This document shows, in pieces, positions 1 through 9,262 of a stretch of DNA of 20,000 nt; positions within the stretch are counted from its first letter, which is position 1, and each line of letters begins with the position of its first letter. The notes under the pieces were generated by a model. It saw nothing but the letters and a program-made list of their open reading frames with translations. It searched no databases and was not told the DNA's origin. Origin of the DNA: an uncultured virus (IMG/VR IMGVR_UViG_3300020048_000095) (taxonomy: Duplodnaviria > Heunggongvirae > Uroviricota > Caudoviricetes); the IMG/VR virus record IMGVR_UViG_3300020048_000095; one strand, given 5' to 3'. The position numbers and the translations under genes are program-made.

Positions 1-208
1 CGTCATCTAAAGTAAGTTTCAATACCTTATCGTCTTCTGTTAAAAAAGCCATCCCCCACATGCCTTCGCCTACACTGTCTTTTAATTTAAAACGTTTTTC
101 AATCATATCGGCTTCTTTTTCGGAAAGTAAAAAGTCAATACTTCTCCCGCCATATTCAATCGGTTTTTTGTTTAACGGTAACGCAAACGCTTTTCTATAT
201 ATCTTCAT
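1..208 (-). CDS. Protein kinase-like protein with MKIYRKA tag (only the 5' part is in the window; missing from ORF track)
   Basis: Manual translation from ATG at 208: MKIYRKAFALPLNKKPIEYGGRSIDFLLSEKEADMIEKRFKLKDSVGEGMWGMAFLTEDDKVLKLTLDD. Gly-rich loop VGEGMWGMAF and KVLKLT parallel IGFGNMGIAY..KILKVS of 14174..14884. Confidence 0.75.
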   Translation of the reverse strand, partial: MKIYRKAFALPLNKKPIEYGGRSIDFLLSEKEADMIEKRFKLKDSVGEGMWGMAFLTEDDKVLKLTLDD

Positions 209-216
209 GAAAAAAT

Positions 217-245
217 TATTCGCTAAATTTTCCCCAAACGCCTTT
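217..245 (-). promoter_or_regulatory. Putative phage late-type promoter AAAGG-N19-GAATA, probably leaderless transcript
   Basis: Minus strand AAAGG cgtttggggaaaatttagc GAATA, 8 nt before ATG 208 with no RBS; the same motif occurs at six other gene starts. Confidence 0.6.
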
Positions 246-283
246 AAAGGGTTTTTAAATAGGAAAATATGCAATTATGTTGA

Positions 284-757
284 TCAACCAATGACTAATG
301 TCAAGTCGTATCTAGAAAGAGGATCGGAAACAGTGCCCGCTCCAGCCGCTGTGATAGTGCCAAGTAAACTGTCTTCTCTGCCCTTATTGTTTATAAATGG
401 TAGCGAAATAGACCATATCTTACCAGAAGGATTGTTTCTTTCATCTTTGTAGTACCTAGTTGATTCAATCAAATTTTCAATTCCCAACTCATCCATCTTC
501 TTAAATATTGCATGAACATTTTCCCAAGAATTGTCTGTAAATAGCCCTTTTGTTAAATGATTGCAATTATTGTAAACGAATGTTTTCGCCGACTGTTTAG
601 ACCTGCCATTCAATGGGTTGCCAGATTCCGTTTTAGCTACTGGTTCTTGAGAAGAATCCAATCCATTTGACCATCCAGAACTTTGCCCTAATCTTTCCCA
701 CTCTTTCTTTGAAATTTGCATCTTACTTTTGCCATTTGCCATTTTAGTTATTTTCAT
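284..757 (-). CDS. Hypothetical protein with SKKEW..G..GW N-terminal tag
   Basis: 157 aa ORF with AAGGAGG RBS; N-terminus MKITKMANGKSKMQISKKEWERLGQSSGW is shared with four other ORFs. Confidence 0.85.
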   Translation of the reverse strand: MKITKMANGKSKMQISKKEWERLGQSSGWSNGLDSSQEPVAKTESGNPLNGRSKQSAKTFVYNNCNHLTKGLFTDNSWENVHAIFKKMDELGIENLIESTRYYKDERNNPSGKIWSISLPFINNKGREDSLLGTITAAGAGTVSDPLSRYDLTLVIG

Positions 758-792
758 TTAAAAAACCTCCTTTTATTATTGCTATTAAACAG

Positions 793-821
793 TATTCAAA
801 AATAAAGTTTAAAAAGCCTTT
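793..821 (-). promoter_or_regulatory. Putative late-type promoter AAAGG-N19-GAATA
   Basis: Minus strand AAAGG ctttttaaactttattttt GAATA upstream of ATG 757. Confidence 0.6.
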
Positions 822-824
822 GAA

Positions 825-851
825 NNNNNNNNNNTTTTTTTTTTTTTTTTT
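825..851. other. Assembly gap (10 N) followed by a 17-nt poly-T run
   Basis: N at 825-834, T at 835-851. Confidence 0.95.
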
Positions 852-910
852 GAAATTGTTATTGTGGCTATAATTGTAGCGTATAGAAAAACCAAAAAGG
901 AGAACAAAAA

Positions 911-1180
911 ATGAAGATTACATTAAGCAAAAGTCAGTGGGAAAGCGTCGGTAAAAATGCTGGTTGGATGAAAAAAGCACAACAGGCTCCAGCACAACAG
1001 GCTCCAGCTCAACAGGCTCAAGGGCAGGCTCCAGCGTCGAGCAAATCGTTTCAAATCATTGATCAAAATCTTAAGTCATTAGAAATGGAATCAAAGCAGC
1101 TACCACTAAATGGTCAACAGATTAGAGTTTTAATCAATCAAATTAGACAACTGGCACAGACCGATCCTTCGATTGCTTAA
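911..1180 (+). CDS. Small protein with SKSQW..G..GW tag and AQQAP linker repeats
   Basis: 89 aa, AAGGAG RBS, starts MKITLSKSQWESVGKNAGWMKKAQ. Confidence 0.85.
   Translation: MKITLSKSQWESVGKNAGWMKKAQQAPAQQAPAQQAQGQAPASSKSFQIIDQNLKSLEMESKQLPLNGQQIRVLINQIRQLAQTDPSIA
977..1033 (+). repeat. 15-bp coding tandem repeat (AQQAP x3 plus a partial copy)
   Basis: gcacaacaggctcca gcacaacaggctcca gctcaacaggctcaa gggcaggctcca. Confidence 0.9.
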
Positions 1181-1234
1181 TAACGGTTGATTTAAATGAT
1201 ATTTCAATATTTTCGTATTAATAATTTGCCTTTA

Positions 1235-1263
1235 AAAGGTCTTTTCAATTATTAATACGAAAA
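1235..1263 (+). promoter_or_regulatory. Putative late-type promoter AAAGG-N19-GAAAA, probably leaderless transcript
   Basis: AAAGG tcttttcaattattaatac GAAAA, 9 nt before ATG 1273 with no RBS. Confidence 0.55.
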
Positions 1264-1272
1264 TATACCATT

Positions 1273-1896
1273 ATGTATATTAACTGGTATAAAAAAGCTC
1301 AAGAAGAATATCAAGGCGAACACTCCGCTCCTATAAAGCACGACGATTATGCTCCATTGCACGATTTAACCAAACTGCATCCAGATGATATATACTCTTC
1401 GGACGCTGCAAGACTATATGGAGATGGAGTTTCGTATGATAATGAGTCTATAGTTATTATTCAATCCTGCCGTAATAGACCGAATAAACAGGTGAAAATA
1501 TATAGAGCAGTACCAAATCTAAATGCAGAGAATGAAGCAAAATTAAAAAATTTATATGAATTAACGTACTATGTAAATCAATTCGGTTTTTTACCAATGT
1601 CGGACAACCCAAAAACAAAACATTTAACAATCCCACAAGAAATAACCCCCGAAATAAGATTGGATAAAAATAAAATATTAGAAAAACTAAATGAACTTGA
1701 AGAAAAAGAAGAATCTAACAAAAAATCTCCTATAAAAATAAACCCCGGAGATTGGGTGTCAATATCTTTAAGTTATGCAAAAGAACATGGACGAGCAAAT
1801 CTTCTGAATAATTACAAAATAATTTCTAAAACAGTAACGGCAAAAGAATTATATACAGAAGCAAATTCAATACACGAATGGGGTTATAATCCATAA
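1273..1896 (+). CDS. ADP-ribosyltransferase-fold protein (R-S-E-like) with NWYKKAQ tag
   Basis: Motifs KIYRAVP, INPGDWVSISLSYAKEHG and SIHEWGY give an R...S...E order like ART domains of phage/plasmid polyvalent proteins. Confidence 0.6.
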   Translation: MYINWYKKAQEEYQGEHSAPIKHDDYAPLHDLTKLHPDDIYSSDAARLYGDGVSYDNESIVIIQSCRNRPNKQVKIYRAVPNLNAENEAKLKNLYELTYYVNQFGFLPMSDNPKTKHLTIPQEITPEIRLDKNKILEKLNELEEKEESNKKSPIKINPGDWVSISLSYAKEHGRANLLNNYKIISKTVTAKELYTEANSIHEWGYNP

Positions 1897-2784
1897 CTAA
1901 TTGTTTTTCTCATACCAATTACTCAAATCAATATTCTCAGGAACGTCATTCTTGCATATTTTGAATGCATCGTCAAAACTTACATAATCAAAAGCCGTAC
2001 ATTTTGATTCAGGATTGCAGTTGAATATCTTTATGTCTTTTTCTTCCAAATAAGGCTTTATCTTCTTTAACATATCATCTTCATGTAAATATCTATTGTT
2101 GGATGGAACCGCTTTTTGACCGAATGCATATTGCTGTTCCTTATCCCTCCAAAAATCAACACCAAGCATATAAATTCGTTGACAACCAAGATAGCACATT
2201 AGCCTTATCCCTAAAAGCATAGTACTTAAACAGGTATATGGACGCTCAGATTCTGGTTGTTTCCCGCCATATCCCCAATGAGCGTATTCAGTCGTCAAGA
2301 ATTGTTCTGGATATAAAAATGTTTTTCTATTGAAACCAAAAGTATTAGGACAATCTTTTACTTTCTTTTTAAGTTCTCTAAAAGTCCCATCGGCTTGTTT
2401 AATGCGTATTCTTTTGTTTAATTTAGGTGTTGGGGCAAAAGTCATTATTGCAGGATCGAAAAACAAAGCATGGTGGAATTTTGTATGAGGGTCGCTAAAA
2501 CACCACGCAGAAACAGGAACGTGAGCGGCAATATTGTTAACTCCCAAGGAAACAACTCCTCTTTCTTTTAGTTTATGATAAGGAAGTTTATTTACACTTG
2601 GTCCACCACAAACAAGAAATCCAGCAGTAGGATTGTCTCTATGCCATAATCCAGAAAGATTTATTTGTTCAAAACCACTATGATTGCAATGGTTACATAC
2701 TTTTATTTGGGGTTTTTCGCCATTGCATTTAGGACATGGCTGTTTTGAATTGACAATTTCTAATGAATCGTTGTAATGCCTCAT
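1897..2784 (-). CDS. DUF115/MptE-like (Maf-type sugar/phospho-transferase-like) protein with N-terminal CxxC..CxxC motif
   Basis: LVCGGPSV, LGVNN, CFSD, LGCQRIYMLGVDF and IFNCNPES motifs; CPKC and CNHC near the N-terminus. Confidence 0.65.
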   Translation of the reverse strand: MRHYNDSLEIVNSKQPCPKCNGEKPQIKVCNHCNHSGFEQINLSGLWHRDNPTAGFLVCGGPSVNKLPYHKLKERGVVSLGVNNIAAHVPVSAWCFSDPHTKFHHALFFDPAIMTFAPTPKLNKRIRIKQADGTFRELKKKVKDCPNTFGFNRKTFLYPEQFLTTEYAHWGYGGKQPESERPYTCLSTMLLGIRLMCYLGCQRIYMLGVDFWRDKEQQYAFGQKAVPSNNRYLHEDDMLKKIKPYLEEKDIKIFNCNPESKCTAFDYVSFDDAFKICKNDVPENIDLSNWYEKNN

Positions 2785-2808
2785 GTTATTTCCCTTTTGT
2801 ATTTTTAT

Positions 2809-2822
2809 CTATTATACAAAAA
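2809..2822 (-). promoter_or_regulatory. TTTTTGTATAATAG -10-type promoter element
   Basis: An identical 14-mer lies at 15518-15531; both precede untagged minus-strand genes. Confidence 0.5.
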
Positions 2823-2828
2823 TGAGGA

Positions 2829-3536
2829 CTAATTTTCCAGAGGGCGAACGTATTCTAACGGGATTCTGCTATTTATAACTAAAGTGTATCCAGATATATC
2901 AGATGGATAATCTAATGGACATTCCACTCCTAATTTATTGCAAACTGATTCTCTCAATATATATTCTAGAATTTCAGGCTCCATAGAAACTTCAATTTTG
3001 CTCTCACCAACGTTCATCTCGCTCATAAAACGCCCTAAATCAATCTCTAGATATAAATCGCCGTATGTTCCGGTTACATATTCTTCTGGATCTACTGTAG
3101 TGAAAACGCCAAATGCATCTCTATTGTTTATTCCAGTACCGCTAGAGGGAGACAAATAACCAGAAGGCTTTATCTCATCTTCCCATAATTCAGAGCGAGT
3201 AAAATGATATACTGTATCTGGTGGATTTTCCATAGATGTTTCCGCGTAAGGATTATAAACTTGGTCAATTGATACTCCAAGCAAATCCAAACACTCGTCC
3301 GAATCCATGTCGATTATATAAAAACAAATATCATTAATTGGATCATAATATCCATCATCTAATTTAAACCAATATTTGTTATCTATAACAACTAAATTGC
3401 CATGTTTAACATAAGAGAGATTATCTTTGCGAACTATTTTTTCAATAGTTTCAGAGTCAATTGTATAGCCGCCCCATTCAATTGCCTCTTCTATATTCTC
3501 GTAATCTTCTGTCTGACATAATCTATATATTTTCAT
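2829..3536 (-). CDS. ADP-ribosyltransferase-fold-like protein with MKIYRLCQ tag
   Basis: TVYHFT...IKPSGYLSP...GVFTT...YGDLYLEIDL...IPLEYV pattern resembles H-type ART/Tpt1-like folds. Confidence 0.55.
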   Translation of the reverse strand: MKIYRLCQTEDYENIEEAIEWGGYTIDSETIEKIVRKDNLSYVKHGNLVVIDNKYWFKLDDGYYDPINDICFYIIDMDSDECLDLLGVSIDQVYNPYAETSMENPPDTVYHFTRSELWEDEIKPSGYLSPSSGTGINNRDAFGVFTTVDPEEYVTGTYGDLYLEIDLGRFMSEMNVGESKIEVSMEPEILEYILRESVCNKLGVECPLDYPSDISGYTLVINSRIPLEYVRPLEN

Positions 3537-6500
3537 TATTTTTCGCCAATCTATATTTTTTCAAATTAAATGTTGCCAACTTGACAGGTTTGTATTTATT
3601 TAAAATATCAATTATTTGGTTGCACAATTGTTGAACTTGTAATTGATTGTTTGGTTCAATTTGAGTATGATGATTTTGCAAATAGGATATAACTCTATCT
3701 AATGTAATCCCTTTTTGTTCATTGAAATAATCTTCCATCCTTGTAAAATGCGATGGCGATAGAGAATCTATAGAAACAAATAAACCAACCATTGTATTTT
3801 TGTCGTTTGGATTCATCGTGGAATTCAGAATCATATTGAAATCGTCAGAGGCAACATTGTTGTTATTTTTAACAATTGAATTAACTTTTGGTCTAGTTAA
3901 CTTTCCACTAACGCCATATACTCCCTCTAACTTACCCGTAACACTTAATGAATCGCCAATTTCAAAATCATTCGACTTAGACGGCATATTAAACTCAAAT
4001 AAGAAACCATTCGCATCTTGAACTTTTGCCTTTTGAATGTAACTATCATTAAAGCTTACATATGCATCAAAGATGTCAACAACCTTACAGTCAATCGTAA
4101 TTCTGTCGCCAATTTTATAAACTTGATCTATGGATTTTACTGACTCTCCACCAAACGAAATAGCTGGAGACATTATATTTTTGAATCCATTATTCAATTT
4201 AATCGTACCTGAAATATGAATTGTATCGCCAACTTGGAATCTTGGAACTGTGTTTAAAAATAGACTTAATTTTTGACCCGTTTCATCACTAACTTGAACG
4301 AAATAGGAATCATTTCTGGTTTGTTTATAACTGTCAACCTTATAGTCTGAATCAATAACCATACCATCTTGATAAACAATGGGCGTCTTTATAGAGTTTT
4401 TCAATTCGTTTGCTTTCTTCTCTTGCTCTTCTATAACGGTTTGGTCAATCTGGTCTAATATCGATTTAACATTGACTACAGTACAAGAATCACCATCATA
4501 TGATAAAAATCCTTCAATAACACTATTTATTTTTATAATTGAACCTTTATCCCATGTCGCAAAATCAGGAAAATCTGTTGAGCTTCCAGAGAACAATATT
4601 TTTCTATCTGATGAATCTTTAGCTACAAAGAAATAATCGTTTGTAGAATATCCGTTTTTGCTTACTCTGACAAAAACAGGCATCTTTTCTATAATCTCTC
4701 CCTCGAAAGACAAATTAGATCCCTTATCTCCAAGTCTTTTGTCATTGTTTACTGCAATCTCTGATTTTTGCAAACTGCGATAATATGAAGGTATCGCCGA
4801 AGCTAAAAGACCCATATTGTTACGAGTTGCAAAACCAGATACAGATGCATCATATAAGTTCTTCAAATATTCATTAGATGAAGTCGATAACGTTTGAATC
4901 CAATCAATAACGGCATTTACAAAAGGCAAATCGCTTATCGTCAATGATAAAGTGTCGTTAGACAAATCTTCAAAACATTTATTATAAGCTTTATCGGCTG
5001 TTGATTCTAGTCCTTGTTCTCTAGCGTTTTTTCTAGAAATATAGTCGCCCGTTTTTGCCATATCATAAACTCTAGATAAAAAGAAAGGTATCGGTATCCC
5101 ACTTTTCTTATAAGATGTCGCAATGTCGGATGCACTTCTCTTTTGACTCTTTATCTGCTCTTTGAAGGATTGAATGTATTTTTCCATCTCGGCAGCATAT
5201 TGAGCTATTTTTACCGCATCTGTGCCTAGTCCAGGTAACAAGTCTGACAAACAGGAACTTCCAACGTTTTTATATTCATCTTTGTCTTTGCTATATAGTA
5301 AATAATATTCTGTTCTAAACCTTTCTTGGTTGCATTTTTCACAAGTTAATTTATCGGGACTTGCCATGTATTTATCAGGTATGACTCTGCGACCTAGATT
5401 GAATGTGTCTGACTCTAATTTGCCCATGTCGTTTTTAAATACATTTATCTTGGCTACCAACTCCCAATTGCCGGGTATAACTGGTACAGACTTTATTATT
5501 CTAATCTTTTTAGTTCCCAACGCTATGTTTTCGGATATAACTTCAATCTTACTTGGCGGCAATCCCAATTTGAAACCTTTATTATTCAATTTATCTATTC
5601 CGTTTTTAAGCCAACCGACAGCGACCAAAGGAATCTCAATTTCTTCAGATATAAATTCGCTAGTTATATATTCGGACTTTGAATGCTCATAATAACTTAC
5701 ATCATTTTTACTTATCTTGTTTTCGGTTTTTAAAATTTCAACAAATTCAGAAGGGATGTTTTTTATGTTACGTTTATTAGATGTAATAATAGCAGAAAAA
5801 TAATCCGCTAATGGTTTTTTGTTAATCCTGCTCTTTATTTCATCAGATAAATTATCCCAGTCGAATGGATTTTGCTCTGCATATGATTGGAACGCCCTAG
5901 AAATAGATTCGTTAGACACTCCCTTGAAGAATGGATGGGCTTTTAAGGTTTCCCAATATTTAACAGGAGAAGCAAAAAATTGACGCTTAACCATTTCAAA
6001 ATTAATATAAGAAGCGTTGGACATCTTGTCTCTTAAAGAGCCTTCCAATCTGTCCAATGTGCTCTTGTCGTTATTGTTTTTAATAAGCGTCATAGCAACA
6101 ACATTGTCAACAAATTTAGTCGGCAGTAAATCTAACGTTTCGTAACTCAATCTTTCTTTTAAATTATCGTCACTCAAAGTGCGAAACAGCTTATCTCTTT
6201 GAGCATCAACCGCCTTTGAATCATTGGCATTATAGGCGTCATACAATAGCTTGGACGACTCTATACTCCCCGCCGAACATTGAGTCCACTTCGGATTGTT
6301 AACGGTTCGCTGATCTAGAATGGTAAAGCCGATAGGATAAACAACGGAACTATCATATGCCAGCGCAACACTCTTATCAACATGTCCAGAAAATAAAACC
6401 CCTTTTAAAACTTTCGGGAAATTACTATTATATATTTTTCTTAACAAATCAGAGGTATTATCCATCCCTGTTTTGCCTTCTAACTCTTTAGATATACTTT

Positions 6501-6876
6501 CTATCAATCCCATTCTATCATTGTACATTGAACGATCTAAACCTAACCTTTTTATTTGGTCAATAAGACGATAACCACCACCATAAATTTGTTTTGATAT
6601 TGAATAATCAAAAATCAAAAAATCACTTATGTTCATCTTGCCTTTTACGGCGATTGCACCATATGTTCCCATTGCTTGGTTTCTGGCAACTCCGCTCCAC
6701 ATGTAATTAGAGTATATTCCAACTCCCCATGCAGCACCACCGCCAGCCAAAAAACCAGTTTCACAAATTAAATTAGCGACAATATTTGCGTCAGTCCTAT
6801 GATAGACGCTTAACAAAGTCCCATCTAATTCAACTTGAGCTACTTGAGAATATTTTTTGAGATTGAATTTCATCAT
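3523..6876 (-). CDS. Large multidomain protein: N-terminal ART-like domain, central Cys motif, about three C-terminal OB folds
   Basis: VYHRT...GFLAGGGAAWGVGIYS...YG (ART-like); CEKC..RFR..VGSSCL; repeated 'V.D..G....F....F..GD.I.I.G' OB-like units; FNLKKY at both termini. Confidence 0.6.
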   Translation of the reverse strand: MMKFNLKKYSQVAQVELDGTLLSVYHRTDANIVANLICETGFLAGGGAAWGVGIYSNYMWSGVARNQAMGTYGAIAVKGKMNISDFLIFDYSISKQIYGGGYRLIDQIKRLGLDRSMYNDRMGLIESISKELEGKTGMDNTSDLLRKIYNSNFPKVLKGVLFSGHVDKSVALAYDSSVVYPIGFTILDQRTVNNPKWTQCSAGSIESSKLLYDAYNANDSKAVDAQRDKLFRTLSDDNLKERLSYETLDLLPTKFVDNVVAMTLIKNNNDKSTLDRLEGSLRDKMSNASYINFEMVKRQFFASPVKYWETLKAHPFFKGVSNESISRAFQSYAEQNPFDWDNLSDEIKSRINKKPLADYFSAIITSNKRNIKNIPSEFVEILKTENKISKNDVSYYEHSKSEYITSEFISEEIEIPLVAVGWLKNGIDKLNNKGFKLGLPPSKIEVISENIALGTKKIRIIKSVPVIPGNWELVAKINVFKNDMGKLESDTFNLGRRVIPDKYMASPDKLTCEKCNQERFRTEYYLLYSKDKDEYKNVGSSCLSDLLPGLGTDAVKIAQYAAEMEKYIQSFKEQIKSQKRSASDIATSYKKSGIPIPFFLSRVYDMAKTGDYISRKNAREQGLESTADKAYNKCFEDLSNDTLSLTISDLPFVNAVIDWIQTLSTSSNEYLKNLYDASVSGFATRNNMGLLASAIPSYYRSLQKSEIAVNNDKRLGDKGSNLSFEGEIIEKMPVFVRVSKNGYSTNDYFFVAKDSSDRKILFSGSSTDFPDFATWDKGSIIKINSVIEGFLSYDGDSCTVVNVKSILDQIDQTVIEEQEKKANELKNSIKTPIVYQDGMVIDSDYKVDSYKQTRNDSYFVQVSDETGQKLSLFLNTVPRFQVGDTIHISGTIKLNNGFKNIMSPAISFGGESVKSIDQVYKIGDRITIDCKVVDIFDAYVSFNDSYIQKAKVQDANGFLFEFNMPSKSNDFEIGDSLSVTGKLEGVYGVSGKLTRPKVNSIVKNNNNVASDDFNMILNSTMNPNDKNTMVGLFVSIDSLSPSHFTRMEDYFNEQKGITLDRVISYLQNHHTQIEPNNQLQVQQLCNQIIDILNKYKPVKLATFNLKKYRLAKNNENI

Positions 6877-6883
6877 TTGGCGT

Positions 6884-7264
6884 TTAGCCGATTATATCAT
6901 TACTGTCTTCTGCCTTTATATCTTCCGTCTTTCCATTTGATAATTCAAGAGCCTTTCTAATAATATCTCCAGCTCCCATAGCTTCAGATACCCCACTAAT
7001 TAAATAATCTTTGCCACTCAATGCATTGTCAAAATCAGACATCAAAGCAGATATTGCAGCTTGAAGATGTCCGAATGCATAAGCGTATGGATTGCCGTCA
7101 AGACTGGAAGCTTTGCCTTTTTCAGTTACAGAATTCATATATGAATCCAGTTTGGCGTAATCCACACTAGATTGTCTCATCCATCCCGCTTCCTTCCCAA
7201 TAGATGTCCACTCTTTCTTTGACATTTTTATCGTTTTCTTTCCTGATGATGTTGTAATATTCAT
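6884..7264 (-). CDS. Hypothetical protein with SKKEW..G..GW tag
   Basis: 126 aa, AGGAGG RBS, starts MNITTSSGKKTIKMSKKEWTSIGKEAGWMRQS. Confidence 0.85.
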   Translation of the reverse strand: MNITTSSGKKTIKMSKKEWTSIGKEAGWMRQSSVDYAKLDSYMNSVTEKGKASSLDGNPYAYAFGHLQAAISALMSDFDNALSGKDYLISGVSEAMGAGDIIRKALELSNGKTEDIKAEDSNDIIG

Positions 7265-7296
7265 AATCGCCTCCTAAAATAATAAATAAAATATAC

Positions 7297-7426
7297 TATT
7301 CAAAAAATATGTTGCGAATCCTTTTATTAATTAATTGACGATTATTACAAATTACTAATAATGTCTTTTTTAGTAATAAACATTCAACAGCTCTAAAAAA
7401 GGGAATTGCAAAACAAAAGTTGAAAT
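7297..7426. promoter_or_regulatory. Divergent pair of late-type promoters
   Basis: Minus strand 7297-7324 AAAGG-N18-GAATA; plus strand 7398-7426 AAAGG-N19-GAAAT; both lie between divergent tagged operons. Confidence 0.55.
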
Positions 7427-7463
7427 ATTAATTGAACTATACTTTAATTGGAGGCGATTTTCA

Positions 7464-9245
7464 ATGAATTTTATTAAAACAGCAGCACTTAAACTAAATA
7501 AAGAAGAAATACAAGGCAAATACGGCAAATTCATGGCGTATCTTGTTGAAGGCGATACTATGCCCATTAAAGATAGACTCAAATCTATCGGTTTTCAATG
7601 GTATGGCCCTAAACAAGTATGGTGGATTTCCGACAAAAAAATGACCCCCTATATAAAATCACAACTAGAATCACTAGGCGTAAACTCAAACAACCAACCG
7701 AATCAACCAACTCAAGAAAACACTGAAAACATAAATCAGCCAACTAAACCAACTTACACCCCGCAGCCTCCTCCTCCAAAACCAGAAGACACAGACGAGC
7801 CTGAAATGTCAGCATGGTATGGCTTCCCAATAAAGAAAAATATATATTCTTTTACAACTCCAGTAACAATTGAAGATAAAGAGTATAACGTACAAGTATA
7901 TGTAAGTAGATCGTTTCAGAAAGGAGTAACTTCTGATTCCTATAAAATAACAAAAAGTCGGGAACATAGATTTTTGCCAAAATATATAATCGGCATGGAA
8001 ATACCAGAAATTGAATATAAAAACTCATTCAAGCAGCAATCTAAAGAAAAATGGGGACAATATAACGAACAAACCGTACTAGAAGGAATTAAAAAGCTAG
8101 TTGAAGACGCCTTATCTGTTCCAAAAACAAAAGTTAGAACAGGCATAGAATTCTTACATGACGTTTCATTAAGAGATGATAATTACAAACAATTCCTAGA
8201 AGATTTGGGCGACAAGAAAATACCAGCTCCAGAATATGATTTCACAATAAATGATCCTGAATATGGCGGAAATTATAAAGTCAAAATTTATGAATTGGGC
8301 ATGGATAGAAAAGCACCATCTACAACCGTTGGCGCATTAATAGATTCTCCACTTGCTCCAAAATATCTTAAATCTTTCGGATATCAAAATATAAACTTGA
8401 CGAATACAAGAACCATTGAAGATTTTCATAATAAAGTAAATCAATTCCTGACAGATAAACGCGACTATGTGCAAGAAGAATTCCTTAAATATCTAAAATC
8501 ATTCCCATTCCTAGATTCACAAAAAGCAGAAGCCTCATCAGATTTCAATGTCGTACTTGACTATATAAAGAATAGAACCGCAGATGTAGATTCAATCCTT
8601 AGAAAATTACAAGAAAAAGGATATATCAGACCTAGCAAGAGACAAAGACAATCTCCCGGCATGACAATGGGCGACGAAATCAAATGGGTTATTGATTCTC
8701 CAAAAATCGTAGATGATGCATATGGAAGCAGTTATGTTCAAAATACCCCTGATTATTTCTATTCGGTTGTAGCCTATTATGTCCATAGAAGAATTAGGAA
8801 CATAAGTAGCTTTACCGACATGATGCTTGTTGATGTAATAAGTAAATGGATCGACACCATGAAGAAAATGGGAGCAAATATTACATTTAGGGAAGTTGAC
8901 GCATCAATATCTCAAATTGGTGACGCTATTGCCAGAAAAATACAAGGTCATACAGAAAAAGCAGAAAATATAAACCCGACTAATTCCGACTCCGCATTAA
9001 ATGAATTCGCCCAATTTGTTCAAAAGTATGAAATAGATACCGAAAACATACAAAACAATGTAAAAGGCATTTATAGAATGTTGGTTCAGAAAATACATCC
9101 TGACAAATTTCCTGATCCTGCTGAAAAACTACAAAAGGAAGAAGAGTTCAAAGCGTTACAGGCTATTTGGGATAGAGTTCCTTCACAATACAAAACCGCC
9201 TTCAACTGGTATCAAAAATGTGTATTTGCAAACAGGAGAAAATAA
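7464..9245 (+). CDS. Multidomain protein with DUF5710-like N-terminal domain and C-terminal J-domain
   Basis: DTMPIKDRLKSIGFQWYGPKQVWW near the N-terminus; IYRMLVQKIHPDKF...EEEFKALQAIWD with an intact HPD; GGAGG RBS. Confidence 0.7.
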   Translation: MNFIKTAALKLNKEEIQGKYGKFMAYLVEGDTMPIKDRLKSIGFQWYGPKQVWWISDKKMTPYIKSQLESLGVNSNNQPNQPTQENTENINQPTKPTYTPQPPPPKPEDTDEPEMSAWYGFPIKKNIYSFTTPVTIEDKEYNVQVYVSRSFQKGVTSDSYKITKSREHRFLPKYIIGMEIPEIEYKNSFKQQSKEKWGQYNEQTVLEGIKKLVEDALSVPKTKVRTGIEFLHDVSLRDDNYKQFLEDLGDKKIPAPEYDFTINDPEYGGNYKVKIYELGMDRKAPSTTVGALIDSPLAPKYLKSFGYQNINLTNTRTIEDFHNKVNQFLTDKRDYVQEEFLKYLKSFPFLDSQKAEASSDFNVVLDYIKNRTADVDSILRKLQEKGYIRPSKRQRQSPGMTMGDEIKWVIDSPKIVDDAYGSSYVQNTPDYFYSVVAYYVHRRIRNISSFTDMMLVDVISKWIDTMKKMGANITFREVDASISQIGDAIARKIQGHTEKAENINPTNSDSALNEFAQFVQKYEIDTENIQNNVKGIYRMLVQKIHPDKFPDPAEKLQKEEEFKALQAIWDRVPSQYKTAFNWYQKCVFANRRK

Positions 9246-9262
9246 ATCAAAAGGATATAAAT

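Noticed and set aside
60..452. 130-aa plus-strand ORF
   Set aside because: Antisense shadow of two minus-strand tagged genes (1..208 and 284..757); no RBS or recognisable motifs.
835..851. Poly-T run as a terminator or phase-variable tract
   Set aside because: It abuts the N gap, so its length and context are unreliable.
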